Origin: a virus
IMG/VR virus record: IMGVR_UViG_3300032315_001657
Coordinates: 1 to 64,000 of that record
Direction: 5' to 3' (one strand)
Length of the DNA: 64,000 nucleotides
Part shown: positions 62,666 through 64,000 of the stretch, one piece after another
Numbering within the stretch: the first letter of the stretch is position 1
Layout of the letters: each line of letters opens with the position of its first letter
Translations under genes and position numbers: made by a program
The notes under the pieces: model-generated
What the model saw: the letters and a program-made list of their open reading frames with translations, nothing else
Database searches by the model: none
What the model was told of the DNA's origin: nothing

Positions 62666-63331
62666 ATGTTAAGAAGTAAAAAGAAACTCCAATACGCTAA
62701 TCATAACATTCTTCATTCACCTGAAGAAGTTGAAGGGCTTATTAATAATGCTGCAAAGGCTTATGAAGCTTATCTTGATGCTTTAGGCTTTGATTGGCGT
62801 AACGATCCGAATAGTGCTGATACACCTCGACGGGTTGCTAAGGCTTTTGTTACTGATTTAGCTATGGGGTGTTATTCTGCACCCCCTAAAGTAACCGCCT
62901 TCGATAACGTGGATGGTTATGATGGTATGGTTTGTCAGAACAATATCAAAGTTGTTTCAATGTGCTCTCACCATCATGCACCTTTTATGGGTGTAGCTCA
63001 TGTAGCTTATTTACCCGCTAAGAATGGTAAAGTAATTGGACTATCAAAGCTTAATCGTATTGTAGATTGGTTTTCAAGAAGGCCTCAAGTTCAAGAAAAC
63101 TTAACTATGCAGGTTCATGAGTACATTGATCAAGTTTGCGAGAAGAATAAAGGAGTAGCTATATTAATTGAAGCTAATCATACTTGTTGTTCTAACCGTG
63201 GGATTAAGCATGATTCAACTATGAGAACTGCTAGAATGTCTGGTTCCTTTTTAGATGAAAAAGATAATTCAAGGGCTGAGTTTTACAAATTTGTGGAGTT
63301 TGCCCAAAATAATAAAGGACATATTTCATAA
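62666..63331 (+). CDS. folE: GTP cyclohydrolase I
   Basis: TPRRVAK, SMCSHH..PF.G, GLSKL.R, RPQVQE.LT, H.C...RG. Confidence 0.92.
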   Translation: MLRSKKKLQYANHNILHSPEEVEGLINNAAKAYEAYLDALGFDWRNDPNSADTPRRVAKAFVTDLAMGCYSAPPKVTAFDNVDGYDGMVCQNNIKVVSMCSHHHAPFMGVAHVAYLPAKNGKVIGLSKLNRIVDWFSRRPQVQENLTMQVHEYIDQVCEKNKGVAILIEANHTCCSNRGIKHDSTMRTARMSGSFLDEKDNSRAEFYKFVEFAQNNKGHIS

Positions 63332-63332
63332 A

Positions 63333-63770
63333 ATGAGTACAATTGAAGAACAACTTGCAACAGCTATTGTAGCTAAGATGGCAGGAGTTGAACTACAAAA
63401 AGTAGACGAACACACCATAACCCAGTCTTCTACTGGTCCAGCTAGAAAGTTAGACCCTAAGTCATTTCTACCAGGTATGCAGCAGCATCAACAGAGGCAA
63501 CAAGATGCAATTGTTGCTGCCGCTAACCGAGAGGCTGAAATGGCATACCCTTTGCCAGTTGATTATGGAAATCAGTCCCAGCCCGTACTTCAAACGTCTC
63601 CAGGTGCACCGCCAGTTTTAGCACAACCTCAAGCTGATCCTAATCAACTCACCTTTGATTTCTTAGATGAAGCTACTACTAAAAAATCTTTAAAACAGCT
63701 TGATTTAATTGTCGATTACCTGTATTCTATTAATAACAAATTAGATAAGGTACTCTCAAAACGTGACTAA
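63333..63770 (+). CDS. Gln/Pro-rich hypothetical protein
   Basis: start moved to ATG 63333; DPNQL.FDF motif. Confidence 0.6.
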   Translation: MSTIEEQLATAIVAKMAGVELQKVDEHTITQSSTGPARKLDPKSFLPGMQQHQQRQQDAIVAAANREAEMAYPLPVDYGNQSQPVLQTSPGAPPVLAQPQADPNQLTFDFLDEATTKKSLKQLDLIVDYLYSINNKLDKVLSKRD

Positions 63771-64000
63771 CATTCTGTCTCTCAATAAAGAATCTTTTGT
63801 TCAGAAGTTTCTTTCACCTATTAGTAAACTAGCTGATAACGTTTCCATCACTATTGATGATAACGAGGTATTTACTACTTGCGCCTCTCAGGATGGCTCA
63901 GTGGTACTCTTAGCTAGTTACAAAACCGATACAGCTGTTAGAGGTATACCCCGGATAAACCTTCCTGATGTTAAAAAGTTTGTCCGTCTTCTTGATTGCG
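63763..64000 (+). CDS. probable sliding clamp (gp45-like), 5' part, GTG start (not in ORF track)
   Basis: open to the window end: MTNILSLNKESFVQKFLSPISKL...INLPDVKKFVRLLDC; position in the replication cluster. Confidence 0.55.
   Translation, partial: MTNILSLNKESFVQKFLSPISKLADNVSITIDDNEVFTTCASQDGSVVLLASYKTDTAVRGIPRINLPDVKKFVRLLDC

Noticed and set aside
1-64000. Stop-codon reassignment or suppressor tRNAs
   Set aside because: Core genes are intact in code 11; TAA, TAG and TGA all end genes; no CTA/TCA/TTA anticodon found.
1-64000. CRISPR array, integrase, transposase or rRNA
   Set aside because: No regularly spaced direct repeats or matching motifs seen; the PD-(D/E)XK gene at 23704 is a stand-alone phage exonuclease with no cas context.

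Overview
AT-rich segment of a large T4-like (gp43/gp41/gp61/gp32/gp55/gp46-47/UvsWXY) dsDNA phage genome, read in the standard genetic code. It contains: (i) a 0-7 kb accessory region of small paralogous ORFs; (ii) 24 tRNA genes, as a 15-gene array (7995-9339), a lone Val (15174) and an 8-gene array (19997-21124); (iii) two glycosylation/sugar-nucleotide islands (10-15 kb and 37.8-49.3 kb); (iv) a split 7-deazaguanine DNA-modification pathway (folE, queD, queE, queF, TGT/DpdA-like, PurN-like formyltransferase, two kinases); (v) auxiliary genes (bS21, Hc1-like protein, PcyA-like bilin reductase); and (vi) the replication/recombination core. The most striking signal is absent from the ORF track. 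Each tRNA array is preceded by a short leader ORF inside a classic 1:2/2:3/3:4 attenuator fold, and each leader's codons match the tRNAs of its own array, suggesting sensors that switch on phage tRNAs when host tRNAs are depleted. A second signal is an initiator-type tRNA with a CAC anticodon, while four core replication genes start with GTG on apparently leaderless or coupled mRNAs. All calls come from manual motif reading; no searches were run.
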